A stretch of DNA of 64,000 nt from Octopus vulgaris (lineage: Eukaryota): assembly GCA_951406725.2 (NCBI GenBank), contig OX597814.1, positions 148,180,001 through 148,244,000 on the forward strand, read 5' to 3'. Under the pieces are notes generated by a model that was not told the origin of the DNA, did not search any database, and saw only the letters and a list, made by a program, of their open reading frames with translations. Positions 1-11,897 of the stretch are shown piece by piece (the first letter of the stretch is position 1; the number at the start of each line of letters is the position of its first letter). A program made the translations under genes and the position numbers.

Positions 1-340
1 GCATATAAGACCATAGTGGATCTTCTTCTAGCAACATGGATGACCATTGTTTATGGTTCATCCTTGTTATATAATACTTTCACTTTAATAGTGAAAGTGT
101 CTGCATTACAAAAGAGAGATGTTTTTGTTTCACTTTTAACACGTAATACTGAAATAGTGGAAAAGATATGATATTGCAGTGGGGTCGCCCTAGGGAAAAG
201 TTAAGATTTTTTGCCGATGACACTCCCCGGACCTTAAGTAAGGCATGTGTAAAATTTGAGTGAAATTGGTTGTGTAGTTCTCAAGTTTTAGGGAAACAGA
301 CAGACAGACACACATTCTCAGTTTTATATATATATAGAGA
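1..340 (-). mobile_element. Non-autonomous Helitron-like element, 5' end
   Basis: Minus strand from 340 reads TCTCTATATATATAAAACTGAGAATGTGTGTCTGTCTGTCTG, preceded by A; same 5' style as the complete element at 37221. Left boundary uncertain. Confidence 0.55.
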
Positions 341-1631
341 TTTACAAAAATATATTACACGTAAAAAAATATCAAACAACACATTAAAGCAAAACCGATG
401 TTGAATACAAACATAATTGTACACTCCCATCTAAAGGGAAAATGTTCCATTCATTTGAGGCACACAGAAATGTACTTGATGACACAATATTATCTCATAT
501 AAAACTATTAAAAATAAGATAAGGTTGAAATTATTTGAATATTAATATTTCTTTATGTATTCATTTATTTATGATACTGCTGCAAATATTGTGGATAGTT
601 TGTTAAGGCCTAATCAAATTGCTTTGAACAAGAACACATCTGACCCGATTAATGCTTCTGATGATTCCTTTCTCGTGAAAGGGACACAATGAGCTTGTTA
701 GAAGTTCAATTGTATACCAACATACTCGCAGTTTTATGAAGGGTTCGAGGCGATGTGATTGGAGACTGATGAAGCCGAAGCATGCGCTGAATCTATGGCA
801 TTTTCAATTCTGAATCGTGATGATGTGACGTCGTCGTTTGACCTTTTGTTAATAATTTGTTTCGATATCTCTTTACTTTGATTGAGCTACTATATTTAAC
901 TACGAATAGAAAAAAAGTGTATTTGTGTAGCCTTTCGATTATTGGTAGACAGATATCTTTAACAAATAAACAAAACAAACCCCTGAAACTTAGACGCTTT
1001 ATACTATAAATGTTACAGGAAAAGTATAATCTACTACGTAATATGTGATAGTCTGGGTATCATTGAGGATAACGTAAGCTTTAATATGCAGAGTATACTA
1101 AAGGCTGGTGATTGCGGTCAGTTATTAAGATTGATGGCAATCCTACCATGGTAAGTTGCCTCCCGGAGATAATTACTGCTGTACAATAGCGTCTTCCATC
1201 ATGTGTCCGTATTGCAAGAAGTATCTCAATAAATATAAAAGCTGATACATATACATATGCAGAACAAAACGTGCTCAACGGAGTTTTGGCAAAGGAGAAT
1301 AAACGATTTTCATCTGCGTTTATCTGCTGTGGAACAGGAAATGTGGTGGACATTTTTAAACTTTTCCTTCTCGGTCTGATAAATTTTGAAGTGAAAGGAG
1401 TTGGTGGCGAAGTGAAAAGTTCAAGTGAATTTTACTGGGAAGTGAGTGAAACTACTATATTATGTTCGGCAGAACGTGTCTTTTTTAATTGTGCGTTTTG
1501 TTAGCTCAGTGAGAAAAGCTCGAAGCAAACACAACGTAGTTGGGCCAACACCCACTAATTATGGATATCATTGATTGACACCATGTGACTGACTTCTCTT
1601 TTCCTGCTTCATTCATATACACGAAAACATA

Positions 1632-1717
1632 TGTATGTATGTGTAAATGTATGTACGTATGTATGTATGTATGTATGTATGTATGTATGTATGTATGTAT
1701 GTATGTATGTATGTATG
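1632..1717. repeat. (TATG)n microsatellite, representative of many (TA)n/(CA)n/(TATG)n tracts in the window
   Basis: Direct tandem of TATG; such tracts generate the YIYI/YVCM pseudo-ORFs. Confidence 0.95.
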
Positions 1718-4408
1718 TGTACATACATACATATATATGTGTATATATGTTTATACGTTCATATTTTGGTCATTTTATATATTGATTTTATTTCTTCATT
1801 CGATGTATCTCTTCCCCAGTTTTTGGTTTCAATATCCTCCTCCTCGTTTATCTTACGGCAAATAAAGACATCATTATTAGAATTGTTATTGTTACTATCT
1901 AAGTAAATACAGGATGGTTTAGTTTAATCATTCAAATCAGTAATACACTGTAGGCGAACGAAATTCTCGTTAAATATACAATACTTACACTGTTTCGTAG
2001 ACTGACCACCATCTACTCCAACCCACCATCGCTACTAATTTACAGCAAACACACTATGACGTAAATAAATGTCCAGGTCTTTGAAATAGTACGGTACCAT
2101 TTATCACCATCAGAAATGCAGATATTTTCACCAGTCATCAGACAGTTTAATTGCTCTGAATACTGTGACTCCAAGCTAATAGTTTGAAGGAAACGGAACA
2201 AAAGTTGAAGAACGGAAGAAGCATAAGAAAAATTAAGTATTATAGAAAAATCTGACGTAAACAGAAGCATATATACAAACAAAGGAAGTAATATCCAAAT
2301 AATATATTCTACATCCGTAATTGTATAACTTGCCTCAAATATAGCTCCATTGAACTTTACGAAATTTCTTACCAACTGTCTTCATTCCATCATGTTATGG
2401 AGAAAGTATGTCTGCTTTTACATCCGGGTAAACAGCGTAACCGGAAATGTCGTCTATGTTTACAAATATTGTTACACACGTTGAATATTATTCGGTGAAA
2501 TGCAGGAAAACCAAACATTACTCGAAGCAATTTTGGTTAGGTTAACCCTTTTTTTACATTGGGACTTCGAAGTCATTCAGTAGTGGCGGTATTTATATAA
2601 TAAATATTTCTTGATTTAGGAATAACTCCAGAAATTTGGTAGGATATAGTAGAACACATCATATTACAGGTAACTCAAAATTAGTAAATGCCTTCGATCT
2701 GGGAGTGTTATACCATTGAGTGCTTCATTTTCACCCCATTAGCAGATTTCCTACATAAAAATTTGATGTAAAGCAATTAGAATCAGAATTTCTCATTCGC
2801 CTTTTTGTCCAGGTTTTCTATCATGGCAGTCTTGGCGCTTTACAGCCATATATTTTTCACCAGCCTTCTAGTTCCTCTAATAATCCTATTATCTAGCTGA
2901 ATAACCTTCCAGTCTTAGAGTATTGTGATAAAAGTTATGCATCACGATGGGGGAGCATGTTATAAGTTAATATTTTTGTTGGAAGGAATTAATGGGATTG
3001 GGGTTTCCTATCCCAGAAGCAAATGATATCTTGATTGTAACCTGTTTACCGCTTCATCAAATGCTGCAACTATGATTATGAGTCGAGTATTACAGTCAGG
3101 AATCGAAACTTTTGCCAACCCAGTGTGCTTTCCTATTGCTAGCAATTCTGAACATATTGATCAGCTTGTTAAAAATCATTATGTACCATACTCGAGGTGT
3201 TCTATTCTTTTTACATAGTGTATTCTACTACGCAGGACATTTTTATGATGTAAATTAGAACTGATAAATCGTTAGCATTCAGATTTATATTGTTGATACA
3301 CCTTCTAGTTTTAAATGACGTAGCGAGTGTTTGTAGAATCTGACAATATTTTCTGGAAATACTTTATTCAATTAAATGTTTTTACGTATTTTTAATTACT
3401 TTATATTGTCTACTTTAGACAGATTTTATTAATATTTTTTCGCATCCAATGTAACTTTTATTCTTGCTTGATATTGTAAAACATTTTGAAGAGCCTTTTA
3501 CATGTTATTTATCCTTTTTCAGGGACTAACCGATGTGCCTTTCTGTATGCTTTAGAGTTTCTCATAAACCATTGCACTCTGGGGTTGCTGTTTGTATTTG
3601 TTTTATTTCTTTCGTTGAACCAATAATGTTATACTATTCAGTAGTGGAAATATCTATACAATAAATTTGTTTCTTTTCGTTGAACCAATCATTTTATACT
3701 CGTAGTGTAGTTTGAAATATGCGTATACTTTGCTATATTTTGATATATAAAGCCATAATGCTCTAGATGGTCCAGAGTTTTGATTCAAATGGCAGCTATG
3801 CTTAAGCAACAGCCTTAGATCTTCAATTTGCCTTGTAACATTATACAAAAACATATGTGTGTGAGTGTTTCTGTGCGTGTGTCTGTGTGTGTGTGTGTCT
3901 GTGTGAATACCAGTGTGTGTGAGTGTATACGTGTATGCATGTGTATGCGTGCGTGTGTGTGTATATATATATATATATATAATGAGTGAGTCAACCCAAA
4001 TTGAGGTTGTTGCTTCAATGTGAATTGTCTATTATTTCTATCAGGTCACTCGACCAGCTAGAGCATTATGATCGCACTAATGGATTTCCTGAAACGTAGA
4101 CGCAGAGAAATAGTTGGAAACACATGTATTTTTTTCATAGAAACTCATTACGTTTTAAGATCGATAACTCGTTTTACATTTTAATTGCTTATAGAAGAAT
4201 CAAATATTTGGCGATAGATGAGTGCGTGAGTGTGAGGGAGTGTATTCAGATAGATATCCCCGCAAGTAGGCCTTGTAAAATGTGTGTGGGCGTAAATTTA
4301 TACCCACGCTCTACATTAATTCTCTTATACGCTGACATACGCTCAACCCCACCATATATATATATGTTTGTGTGTGTGTGTGTGTGTGTGTATTTATATA
4401 TATATATT

Positions 4409-4456
<48 letters not shown>

Positions 4457-4578
4457 ACACATGCATACACATGCATATTCACAAAGCACACGCACACGTA
4501 TATGCACACATACATTTATTTTCATATATGAATATATGTATATACGTTTTTGCATGAGTTTAAAAGCATCGTGTATGC

Positions 4579-4672
<94 letters not shown>

Positions 4673-5259
4673 GTATGTAATTGCTCACAAGCTTGCACAC
4701 ATTCATGCATACATTTACATACATATATGATAGCAATTACAATAGACTGATGCCAACAAATAAGTTTTTATTCCCATTATGACTGTTTACCAATTAGCTT
4801 CCATTTTTACAAAATAAAATTTTTAAATAATAATAATAATAATAGCAACAGGAACAATAATAATAATAATAGCAACGGAACAATAATAATAATAGCTATA
4901 ATTGGAATCATTATGACAAAGGAATACTAAACAAAAAAATTGAAAATCTCACAAGAAGTAAATTTTCTAAAAATGTTGCCGTTTTCTCTCTATGTTTAAT
5001 ACTTTCAGATTATAATTTAATTCCTGATAAAATCCATTCAATTTCTGAATTACTTCAGAAGTTAAAGATTAATGTCCATTTATATATAACCTTGGTCATT
5101 TTACTCTTTTGATTTGAATACACAACTAAATGCACATATATACAAACACATACACACACAGACATACACTCACATATCACACACACATATATGTTTGTAT
5201 TTATACAGTGATACATAGATACATACATCCATTTATATATATGTGTGTGCAAACATATA

Positions 5260-5372
<113 letters not shown>

Positions 5373-5653
5373 GTACATACCTACATCTGTGTGTGTGCTT
5401 GATTTTATATGGAAATGAAAGTATGCATATGAACATATATATTTTTTATCTGAAATATATTAAATTACTCGTTATCGACAAAGTTCAGTGTGGAATTACT
5501 TACAATCACATGCATTCATACATATGCATACTCTCATACACATAGTCACAAGCACAGAAAGACATAATTATTCATAGATTTCAAGTGTTCACTATATTAA
5601 ATATATTCACATTAATGTGATAGATGTGTTTATGTAGATATATACATACATAC

Positions 5654-5739
<86 letters not shown>

Positions 5740-5937
5740 TACCTACATACATGCAAGCATACATTCGTACGTAAATGTCGTCATATATGTATGTATGCAT
5801 AAATATATTTTCAGTGAATCAATTATAAGAAACAAAAATCAATACAATTGATAATATACCAGATATGTTGATAGGACTTTGATTTCATGTTGTTTAACTC
5901 ATTCAAGAAGATCAGAGTATTTGAGTGTTTTTCAGAT

Positions 5938-6143
5938 CAGTTAGTTAGTTAGTTAGTTAATTTGGCTCAAAAGCAAATAGCAAGGCCATGTAGGGGGACA
6001 TGGAGTTAAGTACAGGGTGGTGTTGATGTAAAGAGTTCAGGCCACTTGAGGTCCAGGGAGGCTTTGAACAAAGCGGTCGTCGACATCTTCACCATCTCGT
6101 CTGGCAGCTTGTTCCACGGATCCGCAACTCGGACGGAGAAAGC
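5938..6143 (-). mobile_element. 5'-truncated CR1-type LINE, 3' end
   Basis: Minus translation AFSVRVADPWNKLPDEMVKMSTTALFKASLDLKW matches the CR1 ORF2 C-terminal FSxRVxxxWNxLP...FKxxLD motif; followed by a short 3' UTR and (CTAA)n tail. Confidence 0.8.
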
Positions 6144-7161
6144 TTATATTGGCTTATGTCTCCGGATTAATCTGATGTGGCATGTTGACCAGGTCGTATG
6201 TAGTGCCCAGATCGGCTGTAGTTACCAGCATCTTTTACACAGCCTTGAGCAATAATATTTGTTGTGCATAAATACAAATATTATTTGGTGCTCATTAGAT
6301 AGCTAGTGGGCGTACTATCGAGGTGAAGGGGAAAGCAACTTTGTCATACCTTGCATTTTGGGCTCCATAGAGAAGAATGCGTATGTACATGGCTCAATGA
6401 TAGCTGGTTCCGCTGATTTGGGAATATATGATTATACTATTGTGGAGTTCTTAATGCTCAGGTAGGAACTATAGTTTCACATATCGCTTTCAGCAAAACA
6501 AAATGCGTGTGAACAGTTCATCTATATTCTGAGAAGAGTGGTGCTAAATACGATACTCTAGGATCTACAGGAGGAGATTCTGTTGAATGAAAACTTAATG
6601 AATGAAAACTTAAATTCTTTCACAGCAGCGTTTGTTGAAAAGTGTAATACAGTAAGAGAAGAACTCAAGATAACCCCACTGTCAAAATACATACACTATA
6701 GCGAACAGCTCTCTACTAACGCACAAACAAGCTAGTGCCCTAAGTATTGTAAGGAAATGCAGTTCACTGACAATGTCTGGTTTCTGTACTTCAAAATGTA
6801 TTTTGGTAACATAGCTACATAACATCGAACTTGGCAACAAACCTTTATTCAACCATGATGCAGCAGATAGACTATAGTTTCAGATCGGATCATTTACCAA
6901 GGATGAGGCGACAGGAAGCCTAACATTTTTTTAAAAGATGCAACCGGTCACTTCACGATATCGACATTTATCACTACCAATGAAAAATGATATCCACTAG
7001 TAGTAGAACTATATAAGAAGTGTGCCTTCACATCCTGCCTATAATGAGCTACTACAAATCCGATATTTTTAATAAAATTGTATCTCGTAGTGATCATATT
7101 CTTGAACAGAAACAAGGCGGCTAACACAGAGGTAAAATAAGTTTGCATGAATGTATGAAGG

Positions 7162-7195
<34 letters not shown>

Positions 7196-7431
7196 TGTAT
7201 GTATGTATGTATGTATGTATGTATCTATACATGATTCTGACTGTGTGTGCCTATGGATGTATAACTGAATGTAAGTAATAAAAGACTACACTGTGTGATG
7301 TTTAAATTCCTATGAATATTCCTTGTTTCTAGAAACAACCTTTCTCTCCATCTGAGGAGAAATTCAAAGATTAAAAACCAGAGAAAACATGCATACTTGC
7401 ACATACACACACAGATACAAACATACATACG

Positions 7432-7482
<51 letters not shown>

Positions 7483-7707
7483 GTGTGTGCGTGTCTGCGC
7501 GTGTATGTATAATTGTACGTATACACACCACAACTTTTCCCTTTCGTTTCAAAAGCAAAGGCAAAATAGAAGAAAATATATATATATAAACTCATGAATA
7601 CATACAAAAATGCATACATGAAAGCATTATGTGTAGCCCTAGCCTTGCTTATGATTATCTGCACACATACAGAGATCCCTATATGTAGGCATACATGCAT
7701 ATATATA

Positions 7708-7738
<31 letters not shown>

Positions 7739-8752
7739 GCATCATGTGTATATACATATACATATATACATATACATACATAATGCAGGCATACATGCAC
7801 ACAAACATATACATACATACATACATATATACATACATACCTGAGTGCAGAGATGATACTTATATTTTTCTCTTCTGCTAGTTGTAGAAGATCTAAGTTT
7901 CTATTTTGAGTTTACGCGGTTGTTTTCCTGTGCGCCAACCAGTGAATACATATATGTATACATTTTAGTTATTTATACATTTTTTGAGAAAAAACATAAA
8001 ATGCAAGAATTGGGATTAGGATAAAGTACTAAAAATATTGTATTTTTGAAAGTTCAATTCAGGATTATCAAAAGGTTCCCAACCAGCTACATACGTGTTT
8101 ATGGATTTCACCTTTATCTCCAGAGCTTCACAAATTTTTCATAATTTCTCTAATATAATTATTTTATGTACACAGCAAGGCTTTTGTTTCTTATACTAAC
8201 ATCTCTGATCGAATTTTTGTTCGCAGCAAGGAAGCTTTAATGTCCGACGTCATTACAATTGAACTGGTTTCATACTCGTAAATATTGGATGGAACAATGA
8301 GAAAGCATTGTTCTGTCGAGTATTTACTTGCATCAACTATATATGTTGTTGACTTAAAGGTGTTAGTTGATTCTTAAATAAACTTTGAATGAAAACAATA
8401 TATTTTCCCATACACGATACATCTAAACCTAATTAAAATATGTTTTTTCTGTAACTCGAAGAAAAGGAAACTGATGCGCATATATGAGTATATCTCCATA
8501 AATATATATACGCACTTTGACAAGTGTTACGCTTATATATGTGTATGTGTGTAAGTGTGGGTGTATATGTAGAGAGATATATAGATAGCTAAATACACAG
8601 ATAGAGAGGTAGATGGAGACATAGAAAGATAGATAGAAAAGTGCATACATACATACATAAATATATCCATCCATACATACATTCATACATACACACACAT
8701 ATGAACAGTTACATACATACATACACACATACGTACGTACATATATACATAC

Positions 8753-8783
<31 letters not shown>

Positions 8784-9053
8784 CATACATACATACATAC
8801 ATACATACATACATACATACATACTTACATACTTACACGTAAACACTCGCTAAAACAATGGAAAGCCAACTGCCAGCGCAGGTGGATGACAGAATGTTAA
8901 TCTATGTCAACTATTTCATTCGGTAAATAACAATATGGCGACCAAAGTAGAAAAAGAATAGTTTATGAAAATAGATGTGAATATACTTGTGCTTTTGCAT
9001 TCAAGTGTGTTTGTGTGGAAAGATATGTATGTATATAAATACATATAAACATA

Positions 9054-9114
<61 letters not shown>

Positions 9115-9289
9115 CAGCGGGAGACAGACAACCATATATATATATAAATATATATGTGCATATATATGTATATATATGTATATATATGTATATATATGTA
9201 TATATATGTATGTATATATACACACACACACACATATATATATATGTATAGATCAATAAATGGTGGGGTTGTGTTATGGAGAAATGATA

Positions 9290-9463
9290 AGTAAGGAAAA
9301 ATTTCTTTTAAAAATGAGAATGCTCAAATGAAAGAAAATATAAAATATGATAAAATATATAAATGTATATTTATATACATTTATATATTTTATCATTTTC
9401 TCATTTTATTAAAATTTTCTTTCATTTGAGCATTCTGCATTTTTTAAAAAAGTTTTCCTTACT
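9290..9463. repeat. Imperfect ~170-bp fold-back palindrome
   Basis: AGTAAGGAAAA...AGAATGCTCAAATGAAAGAAAAT pairs with ATTTTCTTTCATTTGAGCATTCT...TTTTCCTTACT; inner ATGATAAAATATATAAATGTATA pairs with TATACATTTATATATTTTATCAT. Confidence 0.85.
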
Positions 9464-9464
9464 A

Positions 9465-9607
<143 letters not shown>

Positions 9608-9748
9608 AATATGTGTAAATGAATGTTGTCTGTAAAATATGTTGCATATTTCATATATTTGTTCGAAGGAAATGATTCACATCAGAGCGCTTGATAGAAT
9701 AAACGTATTTGTTGCCTGGAGGCGCCAATGCGTATAACATATATATAC

Positions 9749-10144
9749 GAGTGGCTGTGTGGTAAGTAGCTTGTTTACCAACCACATGGTCCCGGGTTCA
9801 GTCCCACTGCGTGGCACCTTGGGCAAGTGTCTTCTACTATAGCCTTGGGCCGATCAAAGCCTTGTGAGTGGATTTGGTAGACGGAAACTGAAAGAAGCCC
9901 GTCGTATGTATGTATATATACATATATATGCGTGTGTGTATTTGTGTGTCTGTGTTTGTCCCCTAGCATCGTTTGACAACCTGGTGTGTTTATGTGTCCG
10001 TTACTTAGCGGTTCGGCAAAAGAGAACGATAGAATAAGTACTAGGCTTACAAAAGAATAAGTCCCGGGGTCGAGTTGCGCAATTAAAGGCCGTGCTCCAG
10101 CATGGCCGCAGTCAGATGACTGAAACAAGTAAAAGAGTAAAGAG
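9749..10144 (+). mobile_element. tRNA-derived SINE, family A (abundant octopus-type SINE with internal microsatellite)
   Basis: A-box-like TGGCTGTGTGG, B-box-like GGTTCAGTCCC, CORE-like GGCACCTTGGGCAAGT, internal TA/TG tract, (GTAAAAGA)n tail; about 9 copies in the window. Confidence 0.85.
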
Positions 10145-10177
<33 letters not shown>

Positions 10178-10399
10178 TCAATATAGGGTGGCAAAAAAAA
10201 ATTTTGTAGAATTCTTTTGCCACCAGCGGCCTAGTGGGAAAAAATTAAATAGTCATAAACCATTTTTAAGTTCAACATCACAATCAAGGAACGGCCATAA
10301 TAGGCCATTCACCCACTAGAAATAACAGCCAAAAGCTTTAACCGCAAAATAACATTAATTCCGTAAACCAGGAGAAAATTGAAAAACATTTACCCTGTA

Positions 10400-10506
10400 A
10401 TTTCTTAGACGATGCACCGTTTCATCTACCGTTTAATGGTAAACTAACCTGATTAAATTAAATCAAGCCAATCCACCATAGGCCCTTAGACTCATCAGTA
10501 AGAAAT
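10400..10506 (-). ncRNA. Type I hammerhead ribozyme, copy 1
   Basis: Minus strand: stem I ATTTCTTA, core CTGATGA, stem II GTCTA..TAGAT, GAAA, stem III CGGTGCATCG, TC, stem I' TAAGAAAT. GUC triplet; predicted cut between 10408 and 10407. Confidence 0.88.
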
Positions 10507-10890
10507 AGCCAAGTCGGAACAGATATTTTTCACGAGGCATTCCTCTTGCTACATCGGCAATATCTGACCTAAAATTTTCAAATCGTCGCACTCGCGCCAA
10601 ATTTATCGGCAGCAAATAAATATAAGCCACCGATTCCATTACGGAACTAACCAGAAAATTCATAATTAATCAATATAGGGTGGCAAAAAAAATTTTGTAG
10701 AATTCTTTTGCCACCAGCGGCCTAGTGGGAAAAAATTAAATAGTCATAAACCATTTTTAAGTTCAACATCACAATCAAGGAACGGCCATAATAGGCCATT
10801 CACCCACTAGAAATAACAGCCAAAAGCTTTAACCGCAAAATAACATTAATTCCGTAAACCAGGAGAAAATTGAAAAACATTTACCCTGTA

Positions 10891-10997
10891 ATTTCTTAGA
10901 CGATGCACCGTTTCATCTACCGTTTAATGGTAAACTAACCTGATTAAATTAAATCAAGCCAATCCACCATAGGCCCTTAGACTCATCAGTAAGAAAT
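10891..10997 (-). ncRNA. Type I hammerhead ribozyme, copy 2
   Basis: Identical to copy 1 at +491; predicted cut between 10899 and 10898. The third copy (11382-11413) retains only the 3' half. Confidence 0.88.
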
Positions 10998-11409
10998 AGC
11001 CAAGTCGGAACAGATATTTTTCACGAGGCATTCCTCTTGCTACCTCGGCAATATCTGACCTAAAATTTTCAAATCGTCGCACTCGCGCCAAATTTATCGG
11101 CAGCAAATAAATATAAGCCACCGATTCCATTACGGAACTAACCAGAAAATTCATAATTAATCAATATAGGGTGGCAAAAAAAATTTTGTAGAATTCTTTT
11201 GCCACCAGCGGCCTAGTGGGAAAAAATTAAATAGTCATAAACCATTTTTAAGTTCAACATCACAATCAAGGAACGGCCATAATAGGCCATTCACCCACTA
11301 GAAATAACAGCCAAAAGCTTTAACCGCAAAATAACATTAATTCCGTAAACCAGGAGAAAATTGAAAAACATTTACCCTGTAATTTCTTAGACGATGCACC
11401 GTTTCATCT

Positions 11410-11460
<51 letters not shown>

Positions 11461-11515
11461 CACACATATATAAATATAATATATATACACACATATATAT
11501 ACATACACACACATA

Positions 11516-11897
11516 TCATCATCATCATCATCATCGTTTAGCGTCCGTTTTCCATCCTAGCATGAGTTGGACGGTTCAACTGGGGTCTGTGAAGCCAGAA
11601 GGCTTTATCAGGCCCAGTCAAATCTGGCAGTGTTTCTACGGCTGGATGCCCTTCCTAACGCCAACCACTCCGAGAGTGTAGTGGGTGCTTTTTACATGCC
11701 ACCCGCACAGGTGCCAGACAGAGCTGGCAAACGGCCACGAACAGCTGGTGCTTTTTATGTGCCACCGGCACGAGGGCCAGGCGAGGCTGGCAACGGACAC
11801 GAATCGGGGCGGTGCTGGCAACGGTCGCGAAACGGAAGGTTCTCTTACATGCCACCGGCACTGGTAACACATCTGCAATTTCCATTGATCGATTTCC
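11516..11897 (-). mobile_element. Non-autonomous retroposon with RTE-like 3' end and (GAT)n tail
   Basis: Minus strand has GGTTGGCGTTAGGAAGGGCATCCAGCCGTA, ends GGAAAACGGACGCTAAACGATGATGATG; three internal GC-rich sub-repeats. Confidence 0.65.

Larger units (their letters stand above)
10170..11413 (-). mobile_element. Retrozyme/Penelope-pLTR-like tandem repeat, 2.5 x 491 bp, hammerhead-bearing
   Basis: Units start at 10170, 10662 and 11153. I see only one substitution (10553 A vs 11044 C) and one poly-A indel between copies. Flanked on both sides by (TA)n; each full unit has a type I HHR on the minus strand. Confidence 0.85.

Noticed and set aside
10463-11154. Duplicated 66-aa ORF MNFLVSSVMES...
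   Set aside because: It is duplicated only because the unit is tandem, has no recognisable motif and overlaps the ribozyme; treated as incidental, though not disproved.
10170-11413. CRISPR array or LTR pair
   Set aside because: There are no short repeats with unique spacers and no TG..CA, PBS or PPT; the units are contiguous.
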